From an uncultured Actinomycetota bacterium (GTDB lineage Bacteria > Actinomycetota > Actinomycetes > Streptosporangiales > Streptosporangiaceae): DNA of 64,000 bases. The first letter of the stretch is position 1, and the number at the start of each line of letters is the position of its first letter. A model generated the notes under the pieces. It saw only the letters and a list, made by a program, of their open reading frames with translations, had not been told where the DNA came from and made no database searches. The position numbers and the translations under genes are program-made. The stretch covers positions 4,053 through 68,052 of the forward strand of contig CAVQZV010000015.1 in assembly GCA_963718765.1 (NCBI GenBank). The letters run 5' to 3'. This document shows, piece by piece, positions 49,539 to 57,193 of the stretch.

Positions 49539-49591
49539 CCACGCCTGTCAGTTTAGACTGACAGGCGTGGTGTGTCAATCTAAACTGACAC
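49539..49591. promoter_or_regulatory. two tandem TGTCA-N8-TGACA palindromes (candidate operators) upstream of the HTH/Clp_N pair
   Basis: 49539-49570: 14-bp arms CCACGCCTGTCAGT/ACTGACAGGCGTGG around TTAG. 49572-49591: GTGTCA-ATCTAAAC-TGACAC. Centres 27 bp apart; the first ends 18 nt from the ATG. Confidence 0.6.
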
Positions 49592-49795
49592 GGCAGATCG
49601 CCACACCGCGGTGCCCCAGATGGCAGGGTCACGGACGCGACTCCCGCTGTCAGGACGCTTGCCAACCCGCCCGCAGCCCTGGATGCGGGCGGCGATCGTA
49701 TGCGTATGCAGCGTCAGCCTCTGGAAGTGAATGCGCGCTTATCCGCTCTCGGTGCGGTTCCGGCTTGCCGACGTTGCCGAGGAAGTGCGGCCGGA

Positions 49796-50323
49796 TCAGT
49801 TCTGGAAAGAGCGGTACATGACGTGCAGGCCGACACCGCCCAGCGTCGGATGCGCGAAGGCCCTGGGAACGGTTCCGATCACGGTAAAGCCATGCCGCTG
49901 GTATAGCTCGACGGCAGTCCTGTTCGTCGCGACCACCGCGTTGAACTGCATGCCTGCATATCCGCGTTCCATCGCCCACGACAGCGCGAATCGGCATAGC
50001 GACGTGCCGACTCCCTGGCCGCGTGAGCCGGCCGCGACCATGAAGCTTGCTGTTGACACATGAGACCCCGGACCAGCCTGGTTGGGCCCCATCTTGGCGG
50101 TACCCACGACGCGGCCACCGGCGATGGCGACGACTGTCAGCCCCGGGGAGGCTTCGATCCAGGTGCCGTACGCCTGCTCGGCGGTCAGGCAGGGGTCGTA
50201 GGCAAAGGTCTGCTGAGCCCGGACGATCTCCCGCACGATCGGCCACACCTCGGGCCAGTCAGCCGCAGTGAACGCCCGGATGAGCACCGCTGGACGGTAG
50301 CCGGTACCCCACGGCTTCGGCAA
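49796..50323 (-). CDS. GNAT-family N-acetyltransferase
   Basis: 175-aa ORF; RGQGVGTSLCRFAL..., ELYQRHGFTVIG. Confidence 0.88.
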   Translation of the reverse strand: MPKPWGTGYRPAVLIRAFTAADWPEVWPIVREIVRAQQTFAYDPCLTAEQAYGTWIEASPGLTVVAIAGGRVVGTAKMGPNQAGPGSHVSTASFMVAAGSRGQGVGTSLCRFALSWAMERGYAGMQFNAVVATNRTAVELYQRHGFTVIGTVPRAFAHPTLGGVGLHVMYRSFQN

Positions 50324-50515
50324 CCAGGTTTGCGGGACGCCAGGGCTGGCTCCCTGCCGTGCCGCTCCGCCGCCGACCGCGCGGAACGCGCGTCATGCCG
50401 TTATGACGGCACGGCTGTTTGAGACCTGCTGGCCAGTGATTACTCACCGGTATGCTGGGCGCGGTGCCGGGACGAAGAGCGCCAGCGGTGTCCTGGGCGG
50501 CGTTGGAAGGTTCCG

Positions 50516-51748
50516 GTGGCCGAAGTCAGAGATGCCGAGGTCACCATTGTCGGTGGCGGGGCTATCGGATGCGCGGTGGCCTACGTTCTGGCCGGGGCGG
50601 GCTACCGTGACATCCAGGTCGTGGAGCAGGGTGAGCTGGCCGGGGCAACCTCGGGACAGGCCGCCGGATTGGTCGGCCAGGTCCGCGCAACAAAAGAGCG
50701 GTGCCTGCTGGCCATGGCCTCGGTTGCGGTGTACGCCCGCATCGAACAAGACACTGGGTACCCAGCGGACTGGCGCCAGACCGGCAGCGTGCGGATAGCG
50801 GCAACCGCAAAGCGAGCGGCCGAGTTCCGGGCACTGGCAGCTGTGGCCCGGTCAGCTGGGCTCGAGGTCGAGTTCCTTACCCCTGCCGGACTGGCCGACC
50901 TGTGCCCGATGCTGGACACCAGCCGGATCGCTGCGGCGTTGTGGTGCCCCACTGACGGCTACCTTCAGCCCAACAGCCTGGTGACCGCCTACGCCCGTGC
51001 CGCGCGTGATCGAGGAGTCACCTTCGCGACACACACGACTGTCACCGGATTGCGCATCACTGGCGGCGCGGTGAGAGGCGTGCGCACTGACCGGCGCGCC
51101 GTCGCGACCGACATGGTGATCAACGCGGCCGGGCCATGGGCCGGCGCCGTGGCCTCGCTGGCCGGCCAGCAGCTCCCGATCGTGCCCGTGCGCCATGAGT
51201 ACTTCGTTACCCGGGCCGTCGCGGGCTGGCACAGCGAACTGCCCGTTCTTCGCATCCCTGATATGCGCATTTACGCCCGCGCCGAAGGGCAGGGATTCTT
51301 GTGCGGGGGCTGGGAACCGAACGGACTGAGCCTCGACCCGCGCGCCATCACCATCGGGCAGGCGCTGGCAGTAGACCCAGACTGGGATATCCTCTCCGGC
51401 TTCGCACGCGACTTCGCCGCCTTCGCTCCCATGGCCACCGAGGCCGAGATACGCGAGGTCTTCCGCGGATTTCCGGCGTTTTCGCCAGACGGCCGCTTCA
51501 TTGTCGGACCGGTCCCCGGCGTGCGCGGCCTGGTCATGGCCGCGGCCTGCAACGCACACGGTGTCTCCGGGTCAGCCGGCCTCGCAGGCCATGTACTTGA
51601 AAGCCTGCAACCAGACCCGTCCCCCTACGTCAAGTCCCTCAGTCCCAGCCGGTACTACCCCCGCACCTGGGATTGGGAATCCGCCCGCGCTCAAGCCCAG
51701 ATGATCTACCAGAACTACTACGGCCTGCCATCGCAGCACGCCCAGTAG
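50516..51748 (+). CDS. FAD-dependent oxidoreductase (DAO / sarcosine oxidase beta-like)
   Basis: GTG start; VTIVGGGAIGCAVAY dinucleotide motif; 410 aa. Confidence 0.88.
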   Translation: MAEVRDAEVTIVGGGAIGCAVAYVLAGAGYRDIQVVEQGELAGATSGQAAGLVGQVRATKERCLLAMASVAVYARIEQDTGYPADWRQTGSVRIAATAKRAAEFRALAAVARSAGLEVEFLTPAGLADLCPMLDTSRIAAALWCPTDGYLQPNSLVTAYARAARDRGVTFATHTTVTGLRITGGAVRGVRTDRRAVATDMVINAAGPWAGAVASLAGQQLPIVPVRHEYFVTRAVAGWHSELPVLRIPDMRIYARAEGQGFLCGGWEPNGLSLDPRAITIGQALAVDPDWDILSGFARDFAAFAPMATEAEIREVFRGFPAFSPDGRFIVGPVPGVRGLVMAAACNAHGVSGSAGLAGHVLESLQPDPSPYVKSLSPSRYYPRTWDWESARAQAQMIYQNYYGLPSQHAQ

Positions 51749-51788
51749 CACCCGCCATCGCCGATGCGCCGAGGGCGTGTCCTACCAA

Positions 51789-53160
51789 CTGTGTAAGTGA
51801 CGTGGCCTGACGATGAGCCGCATGAATGCGGCTCGCGGAAGGACACGTGATGACAGACACTGCGATGGTGCCACGCAAGAACAACGGCCGGCCGGATCGC
51901 CCGTCACCGCTGATCGACGAGCAGCTGGCCGACCAGCTGCTGGGCAGGGCGCAAGCCGAGGGGGTCGAGCTACTCGGCCCGGACGGGTTACTGTCCCGGG
52001 TCACCAAGGCCGTGCTGGAACGGGCGCTGGCCGAAGAGATGACCGGGCACCTGGGCTATGAGAAGCACGACCCGGCCGGCCGCGGCAGCGGCAACAGCCG
52101 CAACGGCGCTACGCCCAAGACGCTGCTGACCGATGTGGGCGCGGTGGACCTGGCCGTGCCCCGCGATCGCAACGGCAGCTTCGACCCCAAGATCGTCCGC
52201 AAAGGGCAGACCCGGCTGGAAGGCTTCAACGACCGCATCATCGCCCTGTATGCGCGCGGCATGACTACCCGAGATATCCGCGCGCACCTGCGGGAGATGT
52301 ACCAGGTCGAGGTCTCAGCTGACCTGATCTCAAGGGTCACCGACGCGGTGGTCGACGAGCTCGCCGACTGGCAGGCCCGGCCGCTGGATCAGGTGTTCCC
52401 GGTGGTGTTCATTGATGCTCTGATGGTGAAGATCCGCGACGGGGTGGTCACCAACCGTGCTGTCTGCCTGGCCATCGGCATCGACTGCGAAGGGAACAAG
52501 CAGGTCCTGGGCCTGTGGGTCGGGCCGACGACCGGCGAGTCAGCCAAGTTCTGGCTCAGCGTGCTGAGCGAGGTGAAAAGCAGGGGCGTGGCCGATGTGT
52601 GCATCGTGTGCTGCGATGGCCTCACCGGCCTGCCGGATGCCATCGGCGTGGTCTGGCCACAAGCCATCGTGCAGCTATGCGTGGTGCACCTGATCCGCGC
52701 GTCGCTGCGGTATGCCTCCCGCAAGTTCTGGGTGCCGCTGAGCAGGGACCTGCGGCCGATCTACACCGCCGCCGACGAGCAGGCGGCGGCCGCGGCGCTG
52801 GAGGAGTTCGCCGCCGCGTGGGGCGAGCGGTATCCGGCAATCGTCAAGGTCTGGCGGGCGCACTGGGCCGAGTTCACCCCGTTCCTGGCCTTCCCGCCGG
52901 AGGTGAGGCGGGTGATCTATACGACGAACCTGATCGAGTCGATGAACGCCCGGCTGCGAAAGGTCACCCGCAACCGAGGCCAGTTCCCGTCCGGGCAGGC
53001 CGCCCTCAAGGTCTTGTATCTCGCGGTGCGAAACCTCGAGGATTACCGCAGTCCGAACACCGGGATCCGCAGCTCCGGGTGGAAACAGGCGCTGCAGGCA
53101 TTCACTATCTACTTCGACGGACGAATCCCGACCCCATGACCGCCACGATCACTTACACAG
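51789..53160 (+). mobile_element. IS256-family insertion sequence (~1.37 kb)
   Basis: IRL CTGTGTAAGTGACGTGGC (51789-51806) versus the reverse complement of IRR CTGTGTAAGTGATCGTGGC (53142-53160). Single transposase ORF; no flanking direct repeat visible. Confidence 0.85.
51826..53139 (+). CDS. IS256-family transposase
   Basis: LERALAEEMTGHLGYEKHD...NSRNG...RDRNGSFDPKIV...ALYARGMTTRDI...VFIDALMVKIRDG. Start may be ATG 51850. Confidence 0.92.
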   Translation: MRLAEGHVMTDTAMVPRKNNGRPDRPSPLIDEQLADQLLGRAQAEGVELLGPDGLLSRVTKAVLERALAEEMTGHLGYEKHDPAGRGSGNSRNGATPKTLLTDVGAVDLAVPRDRNGSFDPKIVRKGQTRLEGFNDRIIALYARGMTTRDIRAHLREMYQVEVSADLISRVTDAVVDELADWQARPLDQVFPVVFIDALMVKIRDGVVTNRAVCLAIGIDCEGNKQVLGLWVGPTTGESAKFWLSVLSEVKSRGVADVCIVCCDGLTGLPDAIGVVWPQAIVQLCVVHLIRASLRYASRKFWVPLSRDLRPIYTAADEQAAAAALEEFAAAWGERYPAIVKVWRAHWAEFTPFLAFPPEVRRVIYTTNLIESMNARLRKVTRNRGQFPSGQAALKVLYLAVRNLEDYRSPNTGIRSSGWKQALQAFTIYFDGRIPTP

Positions 53161-53269
53161 ACAGTCGGACGCTCCCTGCGCCGACGCCCACTGCGGGCTG
53201 GCCTGGCACCATGCAATGCGCGCTCATGCCGCGGTGATCACGGCACGACGGTGTCGATAGAGTCTGCGT

Positions 53270-53545
53270 GTGACCTCGTCCGGATCAGAACACCTTGACA
53301 GCCGGCATCGCGACACGTTGCGCCAGATCATGGAGCACCCAACCAGCCACAACATCGAGTGGCGGGCTGTCGTGTCGCTGCTGGAGGCCGTCGGCGAGGT
53401 TACCGTGCGTCATGACGGCAAGGTCGCCGTCAAGATTGGGCCGGAGCTGGAATTCCTCGTCCCGCCGACTGGCAAGGACCTTGACGACCAGATGGTCATT
53501 GACGTGCGCCGCATGCTGACCAAGGCTGGCTATCGCCCGGCATAG
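53270..53545 (+). CDS. hypothetical protein (91 aa)
   Basis: GTG ORF HRDTLRQIMEHPTSHNIEWRAVVSLLEAVGEV...; looks like a conserved small actinobacterial protein but I cannot name the family. Confidence 0.5.
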   Translation: MTSSGSEHLDSRHRDTLRQIMEHPTSHNIEWRAVVSLLEAVGEVTVRHDGKVAVKIGPELEFLVPPTGKDLDDQMVIDVRRMLTKAGYRPA

Positions 53546-53723
53546 GCACTCGGAGCAGCGCCCACTTCAGAGCTACCAGATATACGACGGCGACCATCTC
53601 AGCGGCGTCTGAGCTTGGAGGTACTTCGTCGTCAACCTGCTAATCATGGCGTGACACTCGTCCGCACCACTGGATAGGTAGCCGAGGAGTGACAGGCTAG
53701 AGTACGGCATCCCTCCCTGGTGC

Positions 53724-54380
53724 CTAGCTGTCTGCCGCAGCCAGAAGGACCGCGACCGCCAGTTCTGTTTCCGGGTCTACGGGCAGATGGGCCACCTGGC
53801 TCGGTATGCCCGCTAGCGCCCCGGCGGCCTGGTATTGGCTGATGAGACGCGGGTCTATGTAGGACGAGCGCGCGACTGCAGGGGTATCACCCAGCCATTG
53901 CGCCACTTCGCGAATCGCAGCTCTGATGGCGGTGGCCCTACTCCGCGCCGCAGGCGGTGTCCCGGCGTTGGCGAGCACCACCGCCATAAGGACCGTCGCG
54001 TTCCAGGTCCGGAATTCCTTGGCGGTGTAGTGCCCTCCCGTATGAGCGGCTATGTAAGCACTGACATCGTGCGAATGCAGCGGACGCCACGCCGTGCCGT
54101 CCTGCCAGCCGAACAGCGTCTTCAGCCCGTTGTCACTACCCGCGAGCGCGCGGACCGTGCTCACCACCGCCGGGTCGGTCACATGTATCTCTCGCCGCTT
54201 GCCTTCCTTGGCGACGTAGTCGAACACCACTCCGTCTCGCTGGAAGCTGACGTGCTGCTTCTGCAGCGTCGTGGCCCCGTAATGGTGGTCGAGTTCGGCG
54301 TACTTCTCGCCCCCGATGCGGAACAAGCCGAGGTCGATGAGCCTAACGGCACTGGCAGCGACGCGCCCCCGATCCCTACC
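53724..54380 (-). pseudogene. DNA topoisomerase IB, C-terminal part (interrupted by IS3-family element)
   Basis: GRDRGRVAASAVRLIDLGLFRIGGEKYA...TAKEFRTWNATVLMAV...LGDTPAVARSSYIDPRL (catalytic Tyr context). Confidence 0.85.
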
Positions 54381-54462
54381 TGTCAGGCTGTCGTGAGACA
54401 CCAGGGTGCCCTGGGTCCACCGTGTAGGGCGTGACAGGAGAACAGCCTCGTGAGTAGCGGCG

Positions 54463-54900
54463 TTGCAGCCCTGCAAGGTTCACCAGATCCGGCGGCCGGC
54501 CTGGCCGGATGGGGTGCCCGATCCGGCGGCGCGTCCGGTCCGCCGGTCGTTCACCGCGGAATACCGGGCGCGGGTGGTCGCCGAGTACCAGGCGGCCCCG
54601 CACGGGCAGAAGGCCGCGGTGCTGCGGCGAGAGGGCCTGTACCAGTCTCAGATCCGGGAATGGACATCCGCTCGTGACGCGCTGGACCGCGGGGCGCCTG
54701 CGCCCCGCCGGCCGCACCGGGCCAGGGCTGCCTCCGGCCGGAAGGACGACGATCCTGGCCGGCTGCGGGCGGAGAACCAGCGGCTGCGGCGCGAGCTGGC
54801 CAGGTCGCAGGCGGTGGTGGAGATCATGGGAAAACTGCAAGGGCTCTTGGAGACCATCTCCGAGAGCACGGGCACGCCGCCGCCGCCGGCGACGCGGTGA
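54463..54900 (+). CDS. IS3-family transposase OrfA (HTH)
   Basis: RRSFTAEYRARVVAEYQAA...REGLYQSQIREW, leucine-zipper-like C-terminus. Start may be GTG ~54514. Confidence 0.85.
   Translation: MQPCKVHQIRRPAWPDGVPDPAARPVRRSFTAEYRARVVAEYQAAPHGQKAAVLRREGLYQSQIREWTSARDALDRGAPAPRRPHRARAASGRKDDDPGRLRAENQRLRRELARSQAVVEIMGKLQGLLETISESTGTPPPPATR
54828..54834 (+). other. candidate -1 programmed ribosomal frameshift heptamer G GGA AAA
   Basis: Fits X XXY YYZ in the orfA zero frame (atG GGA AAA ctg). The -1 frame is open from here into orfB (GKTARALGDHLREHGHAAAAGDAVNAAFAEL...). Confidence 0.5.
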
Positions 54901-55895
54901 ACGCCGCGTTCGCTGAGCTGCGCACCGCGGGGATGCCGGTGACGCGGGCCTGCGCGCTGACCGGCCGGGCGCGGGCCACCCACTACCGGCATGCACGCGG
55001 TCCGGTGCACGGCCCCCGGCTGCCGCGGGCAGTGCCGGGCAACGGCCAGGCACTGTCGCCGGCCGAGCGGGCGGCGGTGCTGGCGCTGATCAACTCCGAG
55101 GCCTACGCTGACCTGTCGATCGGGCAGATCTGGGCCCGCGAGCTGGACGCCGGCAGCTACCTGTGCTCGGCCTCTACCATGTACCGGATCGCCCGGGCCT
55201 CGGGGCAGACCCGCGAGCGCCGCCGCCAGGCCACCCACCCGGCCAAGGTCAAGCCCGAGCTGCTGGCCGACGGGCCGTCGCAGGTATGGACGTGGGACAT
55301 CACGAAGCTGCGCGGGCCGGGCAGGGGAATCTTCTACCAGCTGTATGTGCTGATCGATATCTACTCCCGGTTCAACCCGTCCTGGATCATCTCCCCGGTC
55401 GAGGACTCCCGGCTGGCGACCGACTTCATTGCCGAGGCCATCGAGCGCAACGGCACCGCGCCCCGCACCGTGCACGCCGACCGCGGCACGTCGATGACCT
55501 CCAAGCCCGTCTCTGCGCTGCTGGCCGACCTGGGCGTCACCCGGTCGCACTCACGGCCCCGGGTGAGCAACGACAACCCTTACTCAGAGGCGCAGTTCAA
55601 GACCCTGAAGTACCTGCCGGAGTTCCCGGCATCGTTCGCCTCACTCGCCCACGCCCGCCAGTTCTGCGCCGGCTTCTTCCACCAGTACAACTACGTCCAC
55701 CGGCATTCCGGCATCGCCTGGCACACCCCGGCGTCAGTGCACTTTGGCACCGACGCCGCGATCGACCAGGCCCGCCAGAACACCCTCACCGCCGCCTGGC
55801 ACGCCCACCCCCAGCGGTTCGGCCGCCGGCCGCACCCGCCCGTCATGCCGGCCCAGTCCTGGATCAACCAGCCGGTACTACAGCCAGTCGAATAA
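54897..55895 (+). CDS. IS3-family transposase OrfB (rve integrase core)
   Basis: WTWDITKL...HADRGTSMTSKPV...SRPRVSNDNPYSEAQFKTLKY...YNYVHRHSGIAW (DDE/rve motifs). Confidence 0.9.
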   Translation: MNAAFAELRTAGMPVTRACALTGRARATHYRHARGPVHGPRLPRAVPGNGQALSPAERAAVLALINSEAYADLSIGQIWARELDAGSYLCSASTMYRIARASGQTRERRRQATHPAKVKPELLADGPSQVWTWDITKLRGPGRGIFYQLYVLIDIYSRFNPSWIISPVEDSRLATDFIAEAIERNGTAPRTVHADRGTSMTSKPVSALLADLGVTRSHSRPRVSNDNPYSEAQFKTLKYLPEFPASFASLAHARQFCAGFFHQYNYVHRHSGIAWHTPASVHFGTDAAIDQARQNTLTAAWHAHPQRFGRRPHPPVMPAQSWINQPVLQPVE

Positions 55896-55926
55896 ACCTA
55901 TCGAAACTGTCTCATTTGACTTGACA

Positions 55927-56345
55927 GATTCCGGATCGAGCTGTCGGTGTCGCAGGTCCCGCAGGGAAGCCGCACGCAGCGAGGGCAGCGCGCCTGCGAA
56001 CCGGAGCATGTGGTCGAACTTCTGGACGTCACGCTGCTCTCGCCACAACTGGTGGTATCGATACTGGGTCCGTCCGCGGCTGTCCACGCCGAGCGCCTGG
56101 ATGTGGCCGAGCGGATCAGGGGCTATCCACACGCTGTCCCAGGCTGGCGGAATCGCAAGCACCCGGATCCGGGCCAGCGTATCCAAGTCGGTGATCTCAG
56201 CACCCGAAGGCTCCACATACCGGACTGCGCCCCCAATCCGGACTCGCCCGATGCCTGGCAGACGCGGGTCACTGCGATGAAGACCCGGAACGGCGGCGGG
56301 CATCGGGTTGTAATCCGTCACGATCACAGTCTCACACGGCAACAA
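55927..56345 (-). pseudogene. DNA topoisomerase IB, N-terminal part
   Basis: LAIPPAWDSVWIAPDPLGHIQALGVDSRGRTQYRYHQLWREQRDVQKFDHMLRFAGALPSLR. The frame then runs into the IS end. Confidence 0.85.
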
Positions 56346-56362
56346 CTGCTGGCCGAGCGCGA

Positions 56363-56759
56363 GTAACCGCCGCTATGGAAGGCTGTCTAATCTTCTGCCC
56401 GGTCATTGGCCTGGCGTCCTAAACGAGACGTTGCCGGAGGCAGGGTCGGCCCGCATCGGGTCAGTACGTGCGACACGGCCTATCTCATGTCCAATGGCGA
56501 ATCGCGGGCGTGGAGCCGGCGCAGCCGCCGCCCCAGGCGTCTTGCTGTTGGGTGGTTCTCCTATTTGGCTCCGGCCGCGGCGCATAGCCAGTTCGGGAAG
56601 TCTGCGCCTGCTCTGGCTGCGACCGGAGTCAGCATGTGACCCGCGTCTCCTACGACCTTGGCTCGACGACCCTGGGCACGATCCAGCGGTGCTTGCCGAT
56701 CTTGCGGTCACGGGTGAACCCGAGCTTCTGGTAGGTCGACAAGGCACCGTTGAACAGGA
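56363..56759. repeat. direct repeat copy 1 (at least 397 bp; partner 63604-64000)
   Basis: Offset 7241 bp. I saw one mismatch (56444 G versus 63685 C). Copy 2 is cut by the window end. Confidence 0.9.
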
Positions 56760-56839
56760 ATCCGGCGGGCACCGAGCCGGCGCCCTCCGGGTATCCCTTG
56801 ACGGTCCCGCCGCCCAGACCCGCGATGAGGTCAAACGCA
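56650..56839 (-). pseudogene. C-terminal fragment of a GNAT-like acetyltransferase (tentative)
   Basis: Manual translation ...AFDLIAGLGGGTVKGYPEGAGSVPAGFLFNGALSTYQKLGFTRDRKIGKHRWIVPRVVEPRS*. In-frame TGA at 56854-56856 and no start codon. Confidence 0.55.
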
Positions 56840-56917
56840 CCGGTGCGGCCTGGTCAGCTCCCGGCACGCCTCGTTATCTCCGGCCCGTGCCCGCGAGCGC
56901 AGTTCGGCGGTCACCAT
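56831..56917 (-). pseudogene. 5' fragment of an ECF sigma factor paralogue fused to the GNAT fragment
   Basis: MVTAELRSRARAGDNEACRELTRPHRCV* versus the intact MVTADLLSRARAGDGEAFRELTGPHRRELQV (59700..60713). Homology stops near 56840. Confidence 0.7.
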
Positions 56918-57193
56918 CCTGCGCGGCTTCCTTCCCCATCACGTGACGATTCGACCGGTATATACACCGCCCGGGGGGGGGCGAACTGGCCGGCTCGCGG
57001 GCGCCCAGTTTCCCGGCGCCGCGGTGTATGCACTACCGACCGCCCGAACGATCCGAGCGCCGGATCGTGCCGCGGCAGCCGGAAAACGACGCTGGAGGTT
57101 GACGATGGAATCGTCCGCATCGGCCGGGCGCGTGGCGCTCGCCGTTCTCGATCGCCGCCGCCGCGGGCGCTCATGAACGTGCGCGTCTCAGGC

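Larger units (their letters stand above)
54381..55926 (+). mobile_element. IS3-family insertion sequence (~1.55 kb) inside the topoisomerase IB gene
   Basis: Ends TGTCAGGCTGTCGTGAGACA... and ...TGTCTCATTTGACTTGACA (TG...CA termini, imperfect IRs sharing TGTCA and TGAGACA). orfA/orfB architecture. Ends uncertain by 1-2 nt. Confidence 0.8.

Noticed and set aside
54429-54434. TGACAG at 54429-54434 and 55922-55927 as a possible 6-bp target duplication of the IS3 element.
   Set aside because: It would place the left IS end 50 bp inside sequence that shows IR similarity to the right end (TGTCA...TGAGACA at 54381). It is also longer than IS3-family duplications, so it is more likely coincidental.
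56403-56867. ORFs inside the large direct repeat (56403..56867-, 56406..56639+, 56431..56946+ and their copies at 63644-63988).
   Set aside because: Arg/Pro/Ala-rich translations with no motifs. The only protein-like reading is the short GNAT-like 3' fragment on the minus strand. I could not identify an IS end or transposase in the repeat.
57075-57172. Possible relic of a ridA 3' end upstream of MFS1 (LEVDDGIVRIGRA versus RVEVTVVARRPGG in the intact ridA).
   Set aside because: The similarity is too weak and short to distinguish from chance without a proper alignment.
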